A stretch of DNA of 64,000 nucleotides from an uncultured Methylomirabilota bacterium (GCA_963845565.1 CAWJSJ010000001.1:256001-320000); one strand, 5' to 3'. Shown: positions 8,930 to 20,301, counted from the first letter of the stretch. The notes: generated from the sequence alone by a model not told the origin. Translations and numbers: made by a program.

Positions 8930-10987
8930 ATGCCCTGGGGGGTCTTCCGCAGAGCACCGGACAGCCGTCCATGGAAAGGCAGATTCCTCGTCCTGCTGGG
9001 GCTGGCCCTCGCCGTGGCCGTCGGGGGGCTCCACGCGTTCAAGCCCCACTTCCTCGCCGCTATTGAGTCCCTCGTGTACGACACCCTGCTGCGCTCCGTC
9101 GCCCGCCCCGAGACGGCCGGCGCGGTGGTCGTCGTGGATCTGGACGAGCCCAGCCTCGCGCGATTCGGGCAATGGCCCTGGCCGCGGTACCGGTTGGCGG
9201 CCCTCCTGGACAAGCTCACCGCCCTGGGGGCCGTGAGTGTCGGTGTGGATCTGGTGCTCGCCGAAGCGGACCAGAGTTCACCAGCCCAGCTCGAGCAGCA
9301 GTGGCGCCGCGAGTTCCACGCGCCGGTGCAGATCCGGAATCTGCCTGCGAAACTCCATGATCATGATGCCCTCCTGGCGGCGACCCTCGCGCGCGGCCCG
9401 TATGTCCTGAGCTACGGCTTCCTGTACGGCGGGATCGAGCGGCCCGTGACCCCCTGCCTGCTGCATCCGCTGACGGCAGCACTCCGCGTTCGGCCCGGGA
9501 CGGCGGACCCCCAGTCCTCCTTCCATCACGCCTCGGGCGTGGTCTGCAGTCTGCCACCGTTGGCCCGCGCCGCTGGTATGTCTGGGTTTTTCAATGCCGT
9601 CCCCGATCCCGACGGGCGGCTCCGCCGGACCCCCGTCGTCATCCGGTACCAGGACGGCCTCTACCCCAGCCTGGCCCTGGCCACCTTCCTCCGCGCGCGC
9701 GGCCTCCGGCAGGTCATGGTCACCCTGAACCCGGAGGGAATCGAGTCGCTCCAGGTCGGGGGTCTCACGGTGCCCTTGGACGCCAACGGCAACCTTCTTC
9801 TCAACTACCGGGGCCCTCGGCGCACATTTCCGTATATCTCCGCGGCGGACGTCCTGCTGGACCGGGTGCCTCCGGAGGTGGTCCGGGGGAAGATCGTATT
9901 GGTCGGCACCTCGGCGACCGGGCTCCATGAGTTGCGGGCCACGCCGCTCGACGCGGCGGTCCCCGGTGTCGAGATTCACGCCACCGTGCTCGACAACCTG
10001 CTCCAGGGAGACTTCCTGCAGGCCCCCCGGTACGCCCGGGGCCTCGACCTGGGGCTGGTGCTGCTTGCCGGGCTGGCGGCCAGTCTCCTGCTGGCCTGGA
10101 CGGGCGCGGTGTTCAGCCTCGCTCTGCTGGTCGCCGGAGGCGTCAGTGCGTGGGTGGGCTGTCAGTGGTTGCTGGCCCACCAGGGCGTGGTCGCCTCGCC
10201 GGTCCCGCTCTGGCTGGTGCTGGCCGTGGAGTTCTCCGGGCTGTCGCTGGCCAAACTCTGGCGGGCCGAGCGACACGCTCGACAGCGCACCAGAGAGCTC
10301 GTGCTGACCCAGGATGCGGCGATTCAAAGCCTGGCCGCCCTGGGGGAGGCGCGGGATACGGAGACCGGCGGCCATCTCGTGCGCACGCAGGACTACGCCA
10401 GCGCCCTGGCCCGGCATCTCTGCCGGCACCCCAAGTTCCGCGCCCAGCTCGACGAGGCGACCCTCGAGGCCCTGCACAAGATGGCGCCCCTCCACGACGT
10501 CGGGAAAATTGGGATCCGGGACGCCATCCTCCTCAAGCCGGGGCCCCTGACGGCGGAGGAGTTCGAGGCGATGAAGCAGCACACGGTGATTGCCCATCAG
10601 ATCTTTCGCGAGGCCGAGGCGCGCCTGGGGTCCAACTCCTTCCTCCGCATCGCCGATCAGGTGGCCCACTCCCATCATGAGCGGTGGGACGGCACCGGCT
10701 ATCCCGCAGGACTGCGGGGAGAGGCCATTCCGCTCGTCGGCCGGATTATGGCGGTGGTCGATGTCTATGATGCCTTGATCAGCCGCCGGGCGTACAAGCC
10801 CCCCAGGACGCACGAGGAGGCGGTCACCACGATCGTGGCCGGTCGCGGGTCACGCTTCGATCCAGACATTGTCGATGCCTTCGTGGAGATCGAAGCCGAG
10901 TTCAAGCGAATCGGTCGCACGTGCGCCGATCCTGACCCTGTCCAGACCGTGCGAGATCGCGTCCCCTGTTCCGTCAGGCCGCGTTGA
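8930..10987 (+). CDS. CHASE2-domain HD-GYP cyclic di-GMP phosphodiesterase
   Basis: CHASE2 (VVVDLDE.SL..FGQWPWPR; D.DG.LRR; PGVEIHA); 3 TM helices; HDVGK and HHERWDGTGYP. Confidence 0.92.
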   Translation: MPWGVFRRAPDSRPWKGRFLVLLGLALAVAVGGLHAFKPHFLAAIESLVYDTLLRSVARPETAGAVVVVDLDEPSLARFGQWPWPRYRLAALLDKLTALGAVSVGVDLVLAEADQSSPAQLEQQWRREFHAPVQIRNLPAKLHDHDALLAATLARGPYVLSYGFLYGGIERPVTPCLLHPLTAALRVRPGTADPQSSFHHASGVVCSLPPLARAAGMSGFFNAVPDPDGRLRRTPVVIRYQDGLYPSLALATFLRARGLRQVMVTLNPEGIESLQVGGLTVPLDANGNLLLNYRGPRRTFPYISAADVLLDRVPPEVVRGKIVLVGTSATGLHELRATPLDAAVPGVEIHATVLDNLLQGDFLQAPRYARGLDLGLVLLAGLAASLLLAWTGAVFSLALLVAGGVSAWVGCQWLLAHQGVVASPVPLWLVLAVEFSGLSLAKLWRAERHARQRTRELVLTQDAAIQSLAALGEARDTETGGHLVRTQDYASALARHLCRHPKFRAQLDEATLEALHKMAPLHDVGKIGIRDAILLKPGPLTAEEFEAMKQHTVIAHQIFREAEARLGSNSFLRIADQVAHSHHERWDGTGYPAGLRGEAIPLVGRIMAVVDVYDALISRRAYKPPRTHEEAVTTIVAGRGSRFDPDIVDAFVEIEAEFKRIGRTCADPDPVQTVRDRVPCSVRPR

Positions 10988-11057
10988 TGACACGCGTGGG
11001 TGGAGGCGGGGCCGCGGTCCATTTCCCGGTGTCCTGTTGGGAGGGAAGACGGACACG

Positions 11058-11298
11058 ATGCCGACCATCGTGACATACACCGACGAGCAGCCGCCGCCGA
11101 ATCGGTGCCCCCACCGGGATCGGCTCGCCGCCGCGGGCAAGCGCATGTTGCTTCGCCGAAATGGAATGGCTCGATGCGCCGCAGCGGGACGCGCGCGGGG
11201 TGTACCAGGACCGGCGCTGTCCGCGGTGCGGCTTTACCGTCCGGGTGATTCTCCACGAGATCCCGGACACAACCCTATTGATTGGCCCCGCACGGTAG
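11058..11298 (+). CDS. Small Cys-rich (CC...CxxC) hypothetical protein, frameshifted
   Basis: MPTIVTYTDE... then a shift to SPPRASACCFAEME...RRCPRCGFTVRVIL. Confidence 0.45.
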
Positions 11299-11685
11299 AG
11301 CTTCAAGGCAGCGTCGGAGCCATCCGTCCTAAACACCACGAGCGCCGAACAGAGCCCGGCGCTCGTGAGAGACGCGCCCCACTGCGGGATCGCGCGTCCA
11401 CTGCTCAGCCGCCCGATGATCCATCCCACTCGCCAACGCTCGTTCCACATTGGTTCCCGAGGGCGGCTTGAGGCCCCGGCGGAGTGTCGGCACAGGGCGC
11501 CCGTCCGTATCCTCGCGCAACCCCCTGTGTCTCTGCGGGCCTCCCGCCGACGGGACGTCCCGACGGCGGGAGGCGTCGTGAGGTTAGGAGCCGTTACGAA
11601 ATAACGTGTCCATTTTGTGCAATTTCGTTACGGCTCCTTATGCCGCTCCCGAATTTCTCCGGTCAAGTTATTCTTTGACAACCGC

Positions 11686-12029
11686 TTACTTGGGACTGCT
11701 GGGGGAATTCGCACCCCCCACGTCGATGATGCGGGCGACCTTCTGCCCGCCCTGTTCGCTATATGTCACTTGGACCTCTTGGCCGATCGCCGGGGCGCTC
11801 GTGTACTCCAAGGAGGGGGCGAGCGTGAACTGCATCCCGGTATCGAGAGTCAAGGTCCGTTGGTCGAGATCGACAGCCGTGATCTTACCCGTGGCCGACA
11901 TCTCCATCTGGCGCGTCCCCGTCTCGGGCATCGTGCCGGCCGTGCCTGCTGGAGTCCCCATCTGGGCGACCGCGGGCGCGGCCGCCAGTAGAAGGCCAAT
12001 CAGGGTCGATGCACCGCACGCTTTTTCAT
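11686..12029 (-). CDS. DUF1344-like OB-fold secreted protein (frameshift in signal peptide)
   Basis: ATGKITAVDLDQRTLTLDTG..F.L...GQEVQVTY; MKK start with GGAG RBS. Confidence 0.65.
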
Positions 12030-12400
12030 CGTCTTCTCCTTTTCTTCGTTCGTGCTATAAGAGTCGTGAAGCGTGCCCGCATGGTGCAGGCCCCGCCACG
12101 GTACGCGAGACTTCCACCGATCGTTATCCTCCTCTGTTATGCCCGGTCTCCTTCCGCGAGGAATCGCGCCTACGCGTCGCTCCCCACACGCGGCACCCAC
12201 GCGGACCGCACGTTCCAGGGCGAATTCGTGCGGAATCCCAGTGAACGCGAACTACCGGCTCGAAACGCAAGGGGAAGCGCGCTAGCGGCGCCACCTCGAG
12301 TAGCACCAACGCCCACCCCCGTCGCGGCAACGCGCCAGTTCCTGCCCGACCCATTGCGCGCAGAACTTTCCCGCGGGGTTCGATGCTCCTCACCGACACG

Positions 12401-12547
12401 TTACCCGCCGAAGAGGAAACCGATGACCACCACGAGCAGGACCGTTCCGGCGACCCCCAGACCCCCGCCGGCCCCCCAGCGGGTATACCCGTAATAGCCC
12501 CCGCCGGCGCCGCACGCCAGCGCGAGCAGCGGAATGAGCCACAGCAT
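12401..12547 (-). CDS. DUF3309-like small membrane protein (48 aa)
   Basis: MLWLIPLLALACGAGGGYYGYTRWGAGGGLGVAGTVLLVVVIGFLFGG; paralog of 1144-1323. Confidence 0.75.
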   Translation of the reverse strand: MLWLIPLLALACGAGGGYYGYTRWGAGGGLGVAGTVLLVVVIGFLFGG

Positions 12548-12620
12548 CCGCCGTCCCCTTTCCGCAGGGACCCCGGCGGCCCCTGGTGGCTGCCGGGTAT
12601 CCCCGCTGTCCTGGGAACGC

Positions 12621-12770
12621 TGCAAGGACAGGTCCACATCACTCGTCAAGCGCCTCGATGTGGTCTCCGCCCTGTGAAGCCGACAGGTTAGCCCGAGGGC
12701 GGCGGCGCGCTCACCACGCCTAGCTCGGCGCGCACCGTCCGAAATCTCGGATCGCCTCCACGATTTCGGA
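12621..12770 (-). promoter_or_regulatory. sigma54 module 4 (minus strand) upstream of DUF3309 paralog
   Basis: Minus strand TCCGAAATCGTGGA-GGCGA-TCCGAGATTTCGGA (12770-12738); TGGACCTGTCCTTGCA (12636-12621). Confidence 0.8.
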
Positions 12771-12971
12771 TGGCGCGGGGCCCGCGGCAGGGGACCCGTG
12801 CCTTGCACTGGCCGGTGAGCGCTTTGCCCACCGGGGACGGGTCCGTCGAATCGAGGGCGCGTCTGCACGCGGGCCCGGCCGGTGCCCCGCCTCCGACATG
12901 CGGCCCCACCTGCGTGTCCCGACTCATGGAAACTCGGGTGCCCGCCGTCGGCCGACCTGGTGCCTTCCCCA

Positions 12972-13119
12972 TCCGACAGGTCGGAGGCGCTCCGAGATCT
13001 CGGGCGGATCGCGGCAGACCCGTCGCCAAGAGGCCGACCCGCCGCGCCGCCAACTCCTTGTTTCCAAGGCCCGGTGCGCTCGGCAAGCTCCCGGCGCGCT
13101 GGCTGGATCTGGCTTTGCA
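12972..13119 (+). promoter_or_regulatory. sigma54 module 5 upstream of micropeptide and BON gene
   Basis: TCCGACAGGTCGGA-GGCGC-TCCGAGATCTCGGG 12972-13004; IHF-like CAACTCCTTGTTT 13051; TGGATCTGGCTTTGCA 13104-13119. Confidence 0.85.
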
Positions 13120-13206
13120 TACTCGAATGAGGACCGGGGGCCGATCGGTCCACGGCACCATCCACACGCAATGGGCTGTGAGTCAGCCTGAGAGGAGGGG
13201 GATCGC

Positions 13207-13281
13207 ATGAGTTCGATCGTGTACGTCGTCGGCGCAGTCGTCATCATTGGTGTTGCGCTGAAGATGCTGGGCGTCTATTAG
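13207..13281 (+). CDS. 24-aa micropeptide MSSIVYVVGAVVIIGVALKMLGVY
   Basis: GGAGGGGG RBS; paralog of 5532-5606. Confidence 0.75.
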   Translation: MSSIVYVVGAVVIIGVALKMLGVY

Positions 13282-13425
13282 GGCGCGGGCCGGATCCGCC
13301 AGGCGCCACGGGGGTCGGGGCCCGGATGTCGGTCGCGCGGCCCTTCTCCGGCCGCCTGATCGCTGGGTTGGTTTTGCGCTTGTCTTTAACAAGCAAGTTG
13401 GTGTACGGGTTAAAGGGAGCCACCC

Positions 13426-14013
13426 ATGACGCTGGGAATCGTGATTGCGGCGTTGATGCTGAGTCTGGGGCTGTTCGCAGCCCCCGGGTTCGCCGCCCAA
13501 GGGCCGGCCAGAGACCCAGTGGTATCCACCGAGCGTCCGATGAAGGCCGACGGCACGACGGCCACCGGTGAGGGCACGGACTCCCGGCTCACCCTCAAGA
13601 CCAGGCTGGCGTTGCTGGGCGACGAACGGGTCAGCAGCAACAATGTAAGCGTGACGACGGCGAAGGGCGTGATCACGCTCCGCGGGCAGGTGGCCAGTGA
13701 GGCCGAGCGGCAGGCCGCGGAGGCCGTCGCCCGCACGATTGAGGGGCAGCAGGCGGTGGTCAACCACTTGACGGTGGTGCCGCAGGCGGTTCGCACGGCG
13801 GTCGAGCGCCGGGACGACCAACTCGTGACGGACGTCAGGCAGGCGATCACGAAGGAGGCGTCCCTGCGGAAGGCCACCATCGAGGTCCGCGCGGAGAAGG
13901 GGGTCGTCACACTCACGGGGAAGGCCCCGTCGCTTGAGACGAGCGTTCGCGCCTCCGAAGTGGTCCGCTGGGTGTCTGGTGTGCGCGCCGTGCGGAACGA
14001 GCTGGCGTGGTAG
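13426..14013 (+). CDS. Dual BON-domain (OsmY-like) protein
   Basis: Paralog of 5890-6477; two BON repeats; signal peptide. Confidence 0.9.
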   Translation: MTLGIVIAALMLSLGLFAAPGFAAQGPARDPVVSTERPMKADGTTATGEGTDSRLTLKTRLALLGDERVSSNNVSVTTAKGVITLRGQVASEAERQAAEAVARTIEGQQAVVNHLTVVPQAVRTAVERRDDQLVTDVRQAITKEASLRKATIEVRAEKGVVTLTGKAPSLETSVRASEVVRWVSGVRAVRNELAW

Positions 14014-14296
14014 GGCAAGGGCGCGTGCCGCCAAGGGGACGAGGGGGAATTCTGCATGTTGTGGGTCGGGGACGAAGGCATCGCAAGAAACATCCGGGAG
14101 ACGTGCCGATGAGCGAGACTCCCGTCCGACCGCGATGGCCGGCGAAACCCTGGGCGGTTCGGTCGAAAACGGATGCAAATCTCCGAACGAGGGCGCTCGG
14201 CGTGATCGGTCTCTCTGGAATGGACGCCTTCGCGTGACTGTGGAGAAGACGCGTCTCACGACACCACGCGCACATCCCGCACAGTCAGGGTGCCGG

Positions 14297-15358
14297 ATGG
14301 GCCGATCGCGCACGTTCCCGCCTTTCGTGGCGCTCGCGGTTGTAACCGTTGTAACACTTGTGGCGACTGCGTGCATGCGGTTTGCCCCGAATTATCCGAC
14401 AACCCACCTGGCTGCCCACCGGCCCGACCTGCCCGTCCCAACTGGCTACGAGTACCGGAAAACGGCTTCCCCGGTGACTCTGGAACGTCAGAGCATCTCT
14501 GCCGACGGACGGTACGAGACCTATGTCCTCACGTTGCCCTCGGTGGAAGGCAATGGACAGGGTCCGCTTCCCGCCAGCGTGCAGTACCTGAAGTTGAAGA
14601 CGCCAGGCAAGAAGAAGCTGGTCATCGTGGTCCCGATCTACGGGAGTGTCAGTTTCGCATCCACAATGACGGCGAGGCACTTGATCGAATGGCAGAAGCA
14701 AGACACGAATGTCCTCTTGATCCTGGATGCAAACGAGATTTTTGACGGAGATGTCGAACGAGCCCCGATCATGACCACGGAAGCAGAGCTCCTTCAGGGG
14801 GTGCAGCGGTGCGTGACACGATTCCGTAATGCCGTGATTACCATCCGGCGGTTGATCGACTGGGCGGAAACGGTGGACGAGATCGACGCGGCGCGCATCG
14901 GGGTTGTCGGCTTCTCGATCGGGGCCTCCGTCGCCAACGTCGCGATGGGGGTCGATGCGCGGATCGCCGCCGGAGCCTTCGTGCTTCCCTCAACGAAGCT
15001 GCACGAGATCTTTGCCTACGGCCGCGTGCCGCACTGGAAAGAGTCGATCGATCGCGCCCGCGCGAACTTGCAGCTCACTCCCGACGAGCTCGCGCAGAAG
15101 GTGGAGCCGATCCTTCGGTCCATCGACCCGATTCACTTCTCGAAATCCATTGACCCGACCAGGGTGCTGCTCATCGAGGCGGCGCAAGACAGTTACGTGC
15201 CCGTACACGCGCGGCTCCTCCACTGGGAAGCCCTCGGGAGACCCCGGCTCATCCGGATCGATTACGACCACAAGGTCGCCTTCCTGTTGTCGATGACCTT
15301 CCTCAGCCGACATTTCACCGCAACGGCTATCGCGGAATTCTTCGACGAAACCCTCTAG
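14297..15358 (+). CDS. Alpha/beta-hydrolase-fold lipoprotein
   Basis: Lipobox ATAC; IDAARIGVVGFSIG nucleophile elbow; downstream D and H. Confidence 0.7.
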   Translation: MGRSRTFPPFVALAVVTVVTLVATACMRFAPNYPTTHLAAHRPDLPVPTGYEYRKTASPVTLERQSISADGRYETYVLTLPSVEGNGQGPLPASVQYLKLKTPGKKKLVIVVPIYGSVSFASTMTARHLIEWQKQDTNVLLILDANEIFDGDVERAPIMTTEAELLQGVQRCVTRFRNAVITIRRLIDWAETVDEIDAARIGVVGFSIGASVANVAMGVDARIAAGAFVLPSTKLHEIFAYGRVPHWKESIDRARANLQLTPDELAQKVEPILRSIDPIHFSKSIDPTRVLLIEAAQDSYVPVHARLLHWEALGRPRLIRIDYDHKVAFLLSMTFLSRHFTATAIAEFFDETL

Positions 15359-15403
15359 CCCGGATTATTCACGAAGGATTCGTGAATAATCCGGGCTTAC
15401 CTG
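15355..15403 (+). repeat. Palindromic repeat, copy B (palindrome only)
   Basis: CTAG-CCCGGATTATTCACGAAGGATTCGTGAATAATCCGGG-CTTACCTG; its TAG is the hydrolase stop codon. Confidence 0.8.
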
Positions 15404-15444
15404 CGTGTGCGCCGCGCGGGGCGCAGCGGAATGGCACCTCACCC

Positions 15445-15592
15445 TCCGAGATGTCGGAGTCGCTCCGAGATCTTGGACGTTTCCTTCCGGTACCTGCGGG
15501 GGGAGTCCAGCGAAACATCCCCTCAACCACCCGATTCCATGGATGGAGATCGCGTCGTCCTGCTCGCCGAGAGGAATGGATCTGGATTTGCA
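15445..15592 (+). promoter_or_regulatory. sigma54 module 6 upstream of YtxH-like and DUF6600 genes
   Basis: TCCGAGATGTCGGA-GTCGC-TCCGAGATCTTGGA 15445-15477; TGGATCTGGATTTGCA 15577-15592. Confidence 0.85.
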
Positions 15593-15753
15593 GATTCACC
15601 AGGGAAGCGGCGAGGGCGAAGCGCCGGCGTGACACATCATTCTCCAGTGTTGTGGGGCTTTCAGACGGCGGACGGCGCCTCGCGCGAGACGCCGCTCTGA
15701 CCGAGTGCCTGCGGGGCCCGGCCGCCAGGCGCGCAGCACAGAAGGGAAACGCG

Positions 15754-16017
15754 ATGCGAACCAGTGACGGGTTTATCCTGGGAGCGATCACGGGGGCCGC
15801 CATCGTCTGGTACTGGCGCCGAGAGATCGAGGACTTTGCGCGGGACAAGACGCGCGGGGTGCGAACGCAGGCGGCGGAGGGGCTCCAGGCGGTGGAGGAG
15901 GGTACACCGAAGGTGCTCGACCGCGGTGGGGACGCCCTGCGGCGCGCCGAGGACATCTTCCAGGAAACGTTGATGTGGGATTCACCGAAACGGCGAGTGT
16001 CCAGACCCATTGCGTAG
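15754..16017 (+). CDS. YtxH-like small membrane-anchored protein
   Basis: GFILGAITGAAIVWYW followed by an amphipathic helix. Confidence 0.6.
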   Translation: MRTSDGFILGAITGAAIVWYWRREIEDFARDKTRGVRTQAAEGLQAVEEGTPKVLDRGGDALRRAEDIFQETLMWDSPKRRVSRPIA

Positions 16018-16057
16018 CGACGCCGTCGAAACGGTAGAGGTAGAGGAGGATCGGACA

Positions 16058-18569
16058 ATGCATACCAGGGGGATCATCGGGCTTCTGCTGACGCTCGCCG
16101 TGCTGACACCTGTGGCGCCCACCGCGCAGGCGGCCGACGCACCGACCCCGGAGCAGGCCGCGCTCGACCAAACGCCGCCACGCTTGAGCTTCGTCGATGG
16201 GCAGGTGTCGTTCTGGCGCCCCGGCGCCCAGGATTGGGCGCAGGCCCAAGTCAACACGCCCCTCGCGCCGGGGGACCAGCTCTCCACCGGGTCCCCGGGC
16301 AATCTGGAGCTCCAGGTTGGCGTCCGTGCCTTCGTGCGCGGGCGGGCAAACACCCAGATCGGCCTGGAGAACCAGGAGCCGGATTATATCCAGTTCAAAG
16401 TGACGGCGGGTTCCGCCGCCTTTGACCTGCGCGGGCTCGAGCGCGGGCAGATGGTGGAGGTGGACACGCCGAACGCGGCCTTCACCATCGAGCAACCGGG
16501 CTACTATCGGGTGGAGGTCGCCGGCGAGCACACCTCGTTCATCACCCGCCGGACCGGCCGGGCCACCGCCATCCCGGCCAGCGGGGAGGCGTTCGTCATC
16601 GCGCCGAGCGAAGAGGTGGTGATCGAGGGCACGGCGAGCCCGCAGGTCGCCTCCTACGCCGCGCCGAAGTTCGATGAATGGGACAAGTGGAACTACGCGC
16701 GCACGCATGCGCTCCTGGACGCGGTGAGCGCCCGCCACGTCTCCCCCGGCACGTACGGGGTGAGCGATCTCGACCGCTATGGAAGCTGGCGAGTCGTGCC
16801 CGAATACGGTTCCGTCTGGGTCCCGACCTCGGTGCAGCCCGGCTGGGCGCCGTACACCACGGGTTCGTGGACGAACGATCCGTCCTACGGCTGGACCTGG
16901 GTAGACACCGCCCCGTGGGGCTGGGCGCCATATCACTACGGCCGCTGGGTCTCCGTGAACAATTACTGGGCCTGGGCGCCGGGGCCGGTGGTGGCGAGGC
17001 CGGTGTATGCGCCCGCTCTCGTCGCCTTCTTCGGCGGGCCCGGGGTGAGTGTCGGTATCAGCATCGGCGGCCCCGTCGTGGGCTGGGTGGCACTCGGGTG
17101 GGGCGAGCCGCTCGTGCCCTGGTGGGGGCGGGAGGGGTTCAGACACCGGCCGTCGTGGAACGGCTGGGGCGGCCCACGCGTCGTCAACAACACGGTCATC
17201 ACCAACACGACCGTGGTGAACGTGCAGAACATCAATGTCTATCGCAACAGCAACGTGCAGAACGCCGTGGTGGTGGTCAACGAGAATCGCTTCGGCCGCG
17301 GTCCCATCACATCGGCGCGCGTCGCCCGGGTGGATGCGAAGAGCCTCCAACTGATTCACACCGCGCCCCAGGTCGCCGTGACGCCCGCGAGCTTCGTGCC
17401 CACGGCGACCCGCGGCATCCGGCCTCCCGAGGAGAGTGTGAAGCGGTCGGTGGTCGCCACGCGCCCGCCGCACCGACGGGAAGAGTCGGCGTCCGGCGCA
17501 GAGCGGACCGTGGGGCCGGCGGGGGTCCCCGCGCCGGCGCCGCGTATCGTCACGGCGCCTCAGCAGCCCGAACCTGCTTCGGTCCTGCCCCGTCCTCCCC
17601 TCGGGCAGAGTAAGGTCGAGCGCCCCACGGCCGATATCACTCGGCCTCCTTCGCCTCCGGGGAGTCGAGGCCCACGGCGACCCGAGAAAGGGTCGGAGGG
17701 TGCGCCGGCCGTGACTCGCCAGACGCCCCGCAACCGGGCCGCGAGCCTCAGGTAGCCCGCCCCTCGCCGACAACCCCTGCGCCCCCGGCCACGACCGTGC
17801 AGCCGCCGGCAGCGCCTGAGAAGCAAGCCGGCCCGCAGCGGCCGGAGAAGGGGAAGAGTGCGGAGAGCGTGCCGCCCGTCACCCGGCAGGCACCACCGCC
17901 ACCGCCGCCCGGAGCCCCTGCGCCCCCGGCCACTTCCGTGCAGCCGCCGGCACCACCGAGAAGCAAGCCGGCCCGCAGCGGCCGGAGAAGGGGAAGGGTG
18001 CGGAGAGCGTGCCGCCCATAACCCGTCAGGCACCACCCCAAGCGGGACGCGAGCCACAAGCAACCAGCCCGGCACCGCCGGCGCCCAAGCCACCGGACGC
18101 GGGCGTGACAGCACCTCCGCCGTCGAGCAAACGTCCGGAGGCGCCACGGGTCGCGAGTCCACCGCCCGCCGCTCCTGCGCGCCCGGCCGCGCAGCCGCAG
18201 CCGCCGGCATCGCCTGAGAAGCAAGCCGCCCCGCAGCGGCCCGAGAAGGGGAAGGGTGCGGAGAGCGTGCCGCCAATAGCCCGTCCGGCACCACCCCAAG
18301 CGGGACGCGAGCCACAAGCAACCAGCCCGGCACCGCCGGCGCCCAAGCCAACGGCGCCGGGCGCGATAGCAGCGCAGCCGGCGCCCCGGCGTCCCGAGGC
18401 GGCGACCCCGCCGCCACGTCCACTGCCGGGCGAACCCGCCAATCGCCTTGCGCCGAATCGGGCGGAAAAGAGCCCGCCACGGTCTGTGGAGCGTAAGGGG
18501 TCCCCGGATCAGGAGCCTCAGCGCAAAGCGCCCGAAGGCGCGCCGGGGGAGCAGCCCAGCGGACGGTAG
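16058..18569 (+). CDS. DUF6600/FecR-domain secreted protein with repetitive Pro-rich tail (frameshifts between ~17.7 and 18.0 kb)
   Basis: Signal peptide; FecR-like N domain; DLDRYGSW...WAPY..G.W...PWGWAPYHYGRW DUF6600 motif; tail repeats continue across frames to TAG 18569. Confidence 0.8.
17800..18350 (+). repeat. Intragenic tandem-like repeats in the DUF6600 tail
   Basis: QPPA.PEKQA.PQRPEKGK.AESVPP units at ~17800, 17941 and 18198; APPQAGREPQATSPAPPAPKP at ~18030 and ~18288. Confidence 0.75.
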
Positions 18570-18637
18570 GGTACTGATCTCGTTGTTCAAGGCGCCGCAT
18601 CCTGGGGGCCAAGTGAAGGGAGAAAGGGGACAGGGTC

Positions 18638-18961
18638 ATGAACACAAGAGCCACGATGGCGATCCTGGCGGCAGCCGCGCTCCTCATTGGCGGATGGACG
18701 TGGGCGCCGCACAATGGCTGGGCCCAGCAGGGGACGGGGCCCGCAGGCCAGGGCCTGATGATCGGGCAGACTTCCCAAAGCGTGGCGGCCACGGGGTCGG
18801 GGATGATGGGGCAAGCGGGCCGCACCGGACCGGGGTGGATGGGGAACTGGGGATACGACTATGGCATGGGACTGGGACCGCTGGGCTGGCTGTTCATGCT
18901 CCTGGTTGGGGAGTTGATCCTTGTGGGAGTGGTTCTGTTCGCTCGCCGGCGCCCGTTGTAG
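18638..18961 (+). CDS. Hypothetical Gly/Met-rich membrane protein
   Basis: Signal-like N terminus, GMMG/GWMG segment, C-terminal TM helix. Confidence 0.55.
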   Translation: MNTRATMAILAAAALLIGGWTWAPHNGWAQQGTGPAGQGLMIGQTSQSVAATGSGMMGQAGRTGPGWMGNWGYDYGMGLGPLGWLFMLLVGELILVGVVLFARRRPL

Positions 18962-19692
18962 CGCCAGCCTGAAACGGGGCGCGCGGCGCTTGAATCCCCG
19001 CTTGCAGCTTGAAGCAGCGGTACGCCCTCGGGGAGAGCCGGAGGGAGGACGACGCCCGGACGAGGCAAGCACTCCACGGGTACGAGGCGCCGGGTGCCTC
19101 GCCTTCGGCCTCGTGCTGGCGTCGCTGGTGGGCCGCTTTTGGCACAACAGCGCCCTTTTCCGAGAGCATCAGCGCGGGGCAGGGCGATGTCATTTCAGGG
19201 CCTTCCTTCGACGGTGGGGTTCGGCCGGAGGGCGCCCGGTCTGTCCCTCGGCGGCAGGCGCGTCGCGCTGCCTCACGCAGGAGTGTGAATGGTCGGCAGC
19301 GTTCTGACGCGGCGCGTCCGCACCCACGCGACGGCGGGGAGTGCGCCGACGGTCCCCTGTCCGGGGTGTGGGGGCCGAGGGCGGTTCGAGTGGAGCCGGG
19401 ACGATGACACTGCCGCGCCAGTGGTCCTGGGATGCGCCGTGCGGGATGTGCGAGGGGCGTGGCGTGATTCCGGGCTCGTGGCTCCGGGACAAGCCGACCA
19501 CGCGGTCTGCGTAACGGCCTCCTCTCCGACGGTGTTCCTCGATGCGGTGCGCCCAGGGGGTGTCGCGGCGGAGCCGGAGATCGTGCGTAAGGGGGCGACG
19601 GGCTGGCGTGGTGCTCCCGGCGCCCCGGCCCACGCTGTGGGCGACACGGCCACCGCGCGCATCCTCACACCCGCGTTGCCAGGAGACGTTCC

Positions 19693-20301
19693 ATGCAACC
19701 CACGGACATCCTGATGACCGAACACCGGCTGATCGAACAGGTGTTGAATTGCCTGGAGAAGGTCGTCCAGCAGGCTGAGGCGGAGAAGCACCTGGAAAAG
19801 CAGTCCGCCCTGGAGGTGATCGACTTCTGCCGCGCCTTCGCCGATGGTTGCCACCATACCAAGGAGGAGGCCCACTTGTTTCCCGTCATGGAAGCCAACG
19901 GCTTCTCGGGCGGGTGCAGCCCCGTGGCCGTCATGCAGCGGGAGCACGAGTTGGGCCGCCTGTACATCCAGGGCATGGCGGCAGCGGTCGAGGCCGCTGC
20001 GCTGGGCGAGCCCGCGGCGCTGATGTGGTTTGGTCAGCACGGCACGAGCTACGTCAAGCTGCTGAGGGAGCATATCCACAAAGAGGACAGCTGTCTGTTT
20101 CCTGCGGCCAATCATCGGCTGACCGCGACCGATCAGCACCAGCTTCTCGCGGCGTTCGAGAAGGTCGAGGTCGAGGAGATCGGCAAGGGCACCCACGCGA
20201 AATACCTTGCCCTTGCCAATCAGTTGGCGGACCGATTCGGTGTGGCGCGCGTCGCTGCCGATCCCGCGACGTCCGATGCCGGGTGCGGCGGCGGACATTA
20301 G
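19693..20301 (+). CDS. Hemerythrin-domain protein
   Basis: EH, HHxKEE, EH and HIxKED iron ligands; AGGAG RBS. Confidence 0.9.
   Translation: MQPTDILMTEHRLIEQVLNCLEKVVQQAEAEKHLEKQSALEVIDFCRAFADGCHHTKEEAHLFPVMEANGFSGGCSPVAVMQREHELGRLYIQGMAAAVEAAALGEPAALMWFGQHGTSYVKLLREHIHKEDSCLFPAANHRLTATDQHQLLAAFEKVEVEEIGKGTHAKYLALANQLADRFGVARVAADPATSDAGCGGGH

Noticed and set aside
12892..12930. Additional single TCCGA half-sites (12892, ~14125, ~24497, ~46776)
   Set aside because: They lack the complete palindrome and a sigma54 box at 100-102 bp.
18962..19690. ORFs between the membrane protein and hemerythrin genes
   Set aside because: No RBS or family motif that I can support.
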